DNA of 62,210 nucleotides, counting the filler, from Choristocarpus tenellus KU-1152 (lineage: Eukaryota; Protista; Phaeophyceae), in assembly GCA_964200185.2 (NCBI GenBank). It is 8 parts of 8 records of this genome, joined end to end, with 100 filler letters (N's around TTAATTAATTAA, not from the genome) between each part and the next. Parts side by side here need not be neighbours in the genome. Positions count along the whole stretch, not along the records: positions 57,182 to 62,210 come from CAXNAD020012114.1; 7 more parts are not named here. The stretch is one strand, 5' to 3'. The notes beneath the pieces are model-generated. The model ran no database searches. It was not told where the DNA came from and was given only the letters and a program-made list of their open reading frames with translations. Position numbers and translations under genes: made by a program. Positions 60,693 to 62,210 of this stretch are shown here, piece by piece; position 1 is the stretch's first letter, and every line of letters begins with the position of its first letter.

Positions 60693-62210
60693 GTGGAACG
60701 CTACCATCACTACAAACTGTGTCTTCATCACAGATGCAAATAGCTAGCTATCTTGGACTCTTAGTTAACAGCAGAGCAAGGGTAATGCTCTAGTTTGACC
60801 CATCAACTTTATGGCAAAGCATTGGCGATGTCTGCATAAACTAGTGGGGAGGAGGGGGGGATTGCCTCTAGCATTAGAAGAGTGCCTTGGTCTTCAATGA
60901 GCACCTCCCGGGTTCTACATTTTTGACACACATCTGCATGAAGTTAACACCACCCTACTGTGTAGCAGAGGCGGAGCCACAGGTTGTAGTCAAGGCCATC
61001 ATCAAAAAAGATTCATCTCCCATGGCATCTTCAAAAAACTCTGGACAAGATTTGCAGAAGCATATCCCCTGAGGTGTATCTTCCATATGTTTGTAACACT
61101 TCCAATTTTGATGTGTTGCATGCTGTATGCCTGATATATCTAGTTCTTATTTTATACCACATATTTACGCTTATCATGATGCCCACCTCAGCTGCATAGG
61201 GGAAGCACATAAACCTACTGTATTACACAAGTGTGTAGTTGATAAAATAATCCACTCCACTCACTATGATTGTACCAGCACTGCAAAATGGTGTTTCCCT
61301 GAGCTGTGAGGTGTAACAAATGCTCTCCAGAGCATCAAATACAGCCAGCACCTTTGCTTGTCGCTCCTCTAAAAATTCGCGACATCAAACGTCCACAAGG
61401 ACGCCAGTCCAAACAAATCCGTAATTGCTCATTGATTACAAAAAAGGCAAACTATTGATAGACAATCTGCATATCAATACCTTGAAATGGGGACAACAAT
61501 GCCATCAAAGAGGGGAAAAAAAATTGTCGCATGTAAGTACATCCAAAACAATATCATAGAGGCAACAGCAAGGCATCCTAAGGCGCCACCAACAACACCC
61601 CTTCAACCCCCACCACCTATTGTCCCTTTCAACTATACCGAATTAAATTTCCAACAAGCCCAGTCCATGTGCATCTACCTTTCCCCTGGCACCGGTGGCA
61701 TACAATATCAGCAGGTAGAGAAGGCTGAGACAGGGTCTGGCTATATTTTCTCAACTCTTTTTAATCCTCACATGTGCACTCCTTCCCCATACATCCGCCC
61801 TCCGGGAAATCAAAGACAAGCTTTAAAGCACAAGTTTTTCTTGGTGTATCCTACTCTTTTGTACCCCTAACATCATTTGCACTCCAGCACCTTGTCTGAA
61901 AGGACCGATGACATCATCACGTTTGACTCGCAGTGACCATACAGCCTGCTCTTTTGATTCCTAACATATGTAGACACCATCCCTCCCGTCTCACCAACCA
62001 ACAAAACTCCGTGCTTAATAGCAAACTGCACATCTTGTCACACCTCCCACTAGTGCATGATGCCGTCTTCAGCTCAAGGCATGGCGTATTTAACACATAG
62101 CATGGGAGTTTTTTCCTCCCCAGTAGCCAAAAGATTCCTGTGCTTGATGTGAACATCATACTATTGGTGTGGAACATGGAAGTCACACAGGGGAGGGGTG
62201 TGGAAGGGAG

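Noticed and set aside
1-62210. A functional gene cluster (methyltransferase + PNO1 + PPR + ATCase + Mx + JmjC)
   Set aside because: The genes lie on different concatenated contigs. Only PNO1/PPR and the At5g58100-like/ATCase pairs are truly linked.

Overview
Eukaryotic draft-assembly sequence, probably from a stramenopile alga such as a brown alga or relative. This is inferred from the long GT/GC-AG introns, TTAGGG tracts and DD39D-type mariner. The window is not one locus. It is 8 contigs joined by artificial 100-bp spacers (N44-TTAATTAATTAA-N44), so adjacency across spacers means nothing. Spliced genes read from the sequence are: the 5' part of a METTL23-like methyltransferase; an essentially complete PNO1/DIM2 gene; a 1021-aa uninterrupted P-class PPR ORF divergent from PNO1; the 5' part of a plant At5g58100/At4g16180-like protein head-to-head with an aspartate carbamoyltransferase; the 5' part of an Mx-like dynamin GTPase; two exons of a possible JmjC protein; and the 3' part of a Ser/Thr-rich unknown protein. 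The best non-coding signal is three box C/D snoRNA copies in one PNO1 intron. They carry a co-varying non-canonical C/D pair (RUGAUU/AUGA) and an invariant 14-nt guide complementary to LSU rRNA. Mobile DNA includes a decayed DD39D mariner with a nested MITE, a Copia remnant, two long-TIR foldback elements, and a group of MITEs that share an AAAGTATC TIR core but have either 3-bp or 4-bp target duplications.
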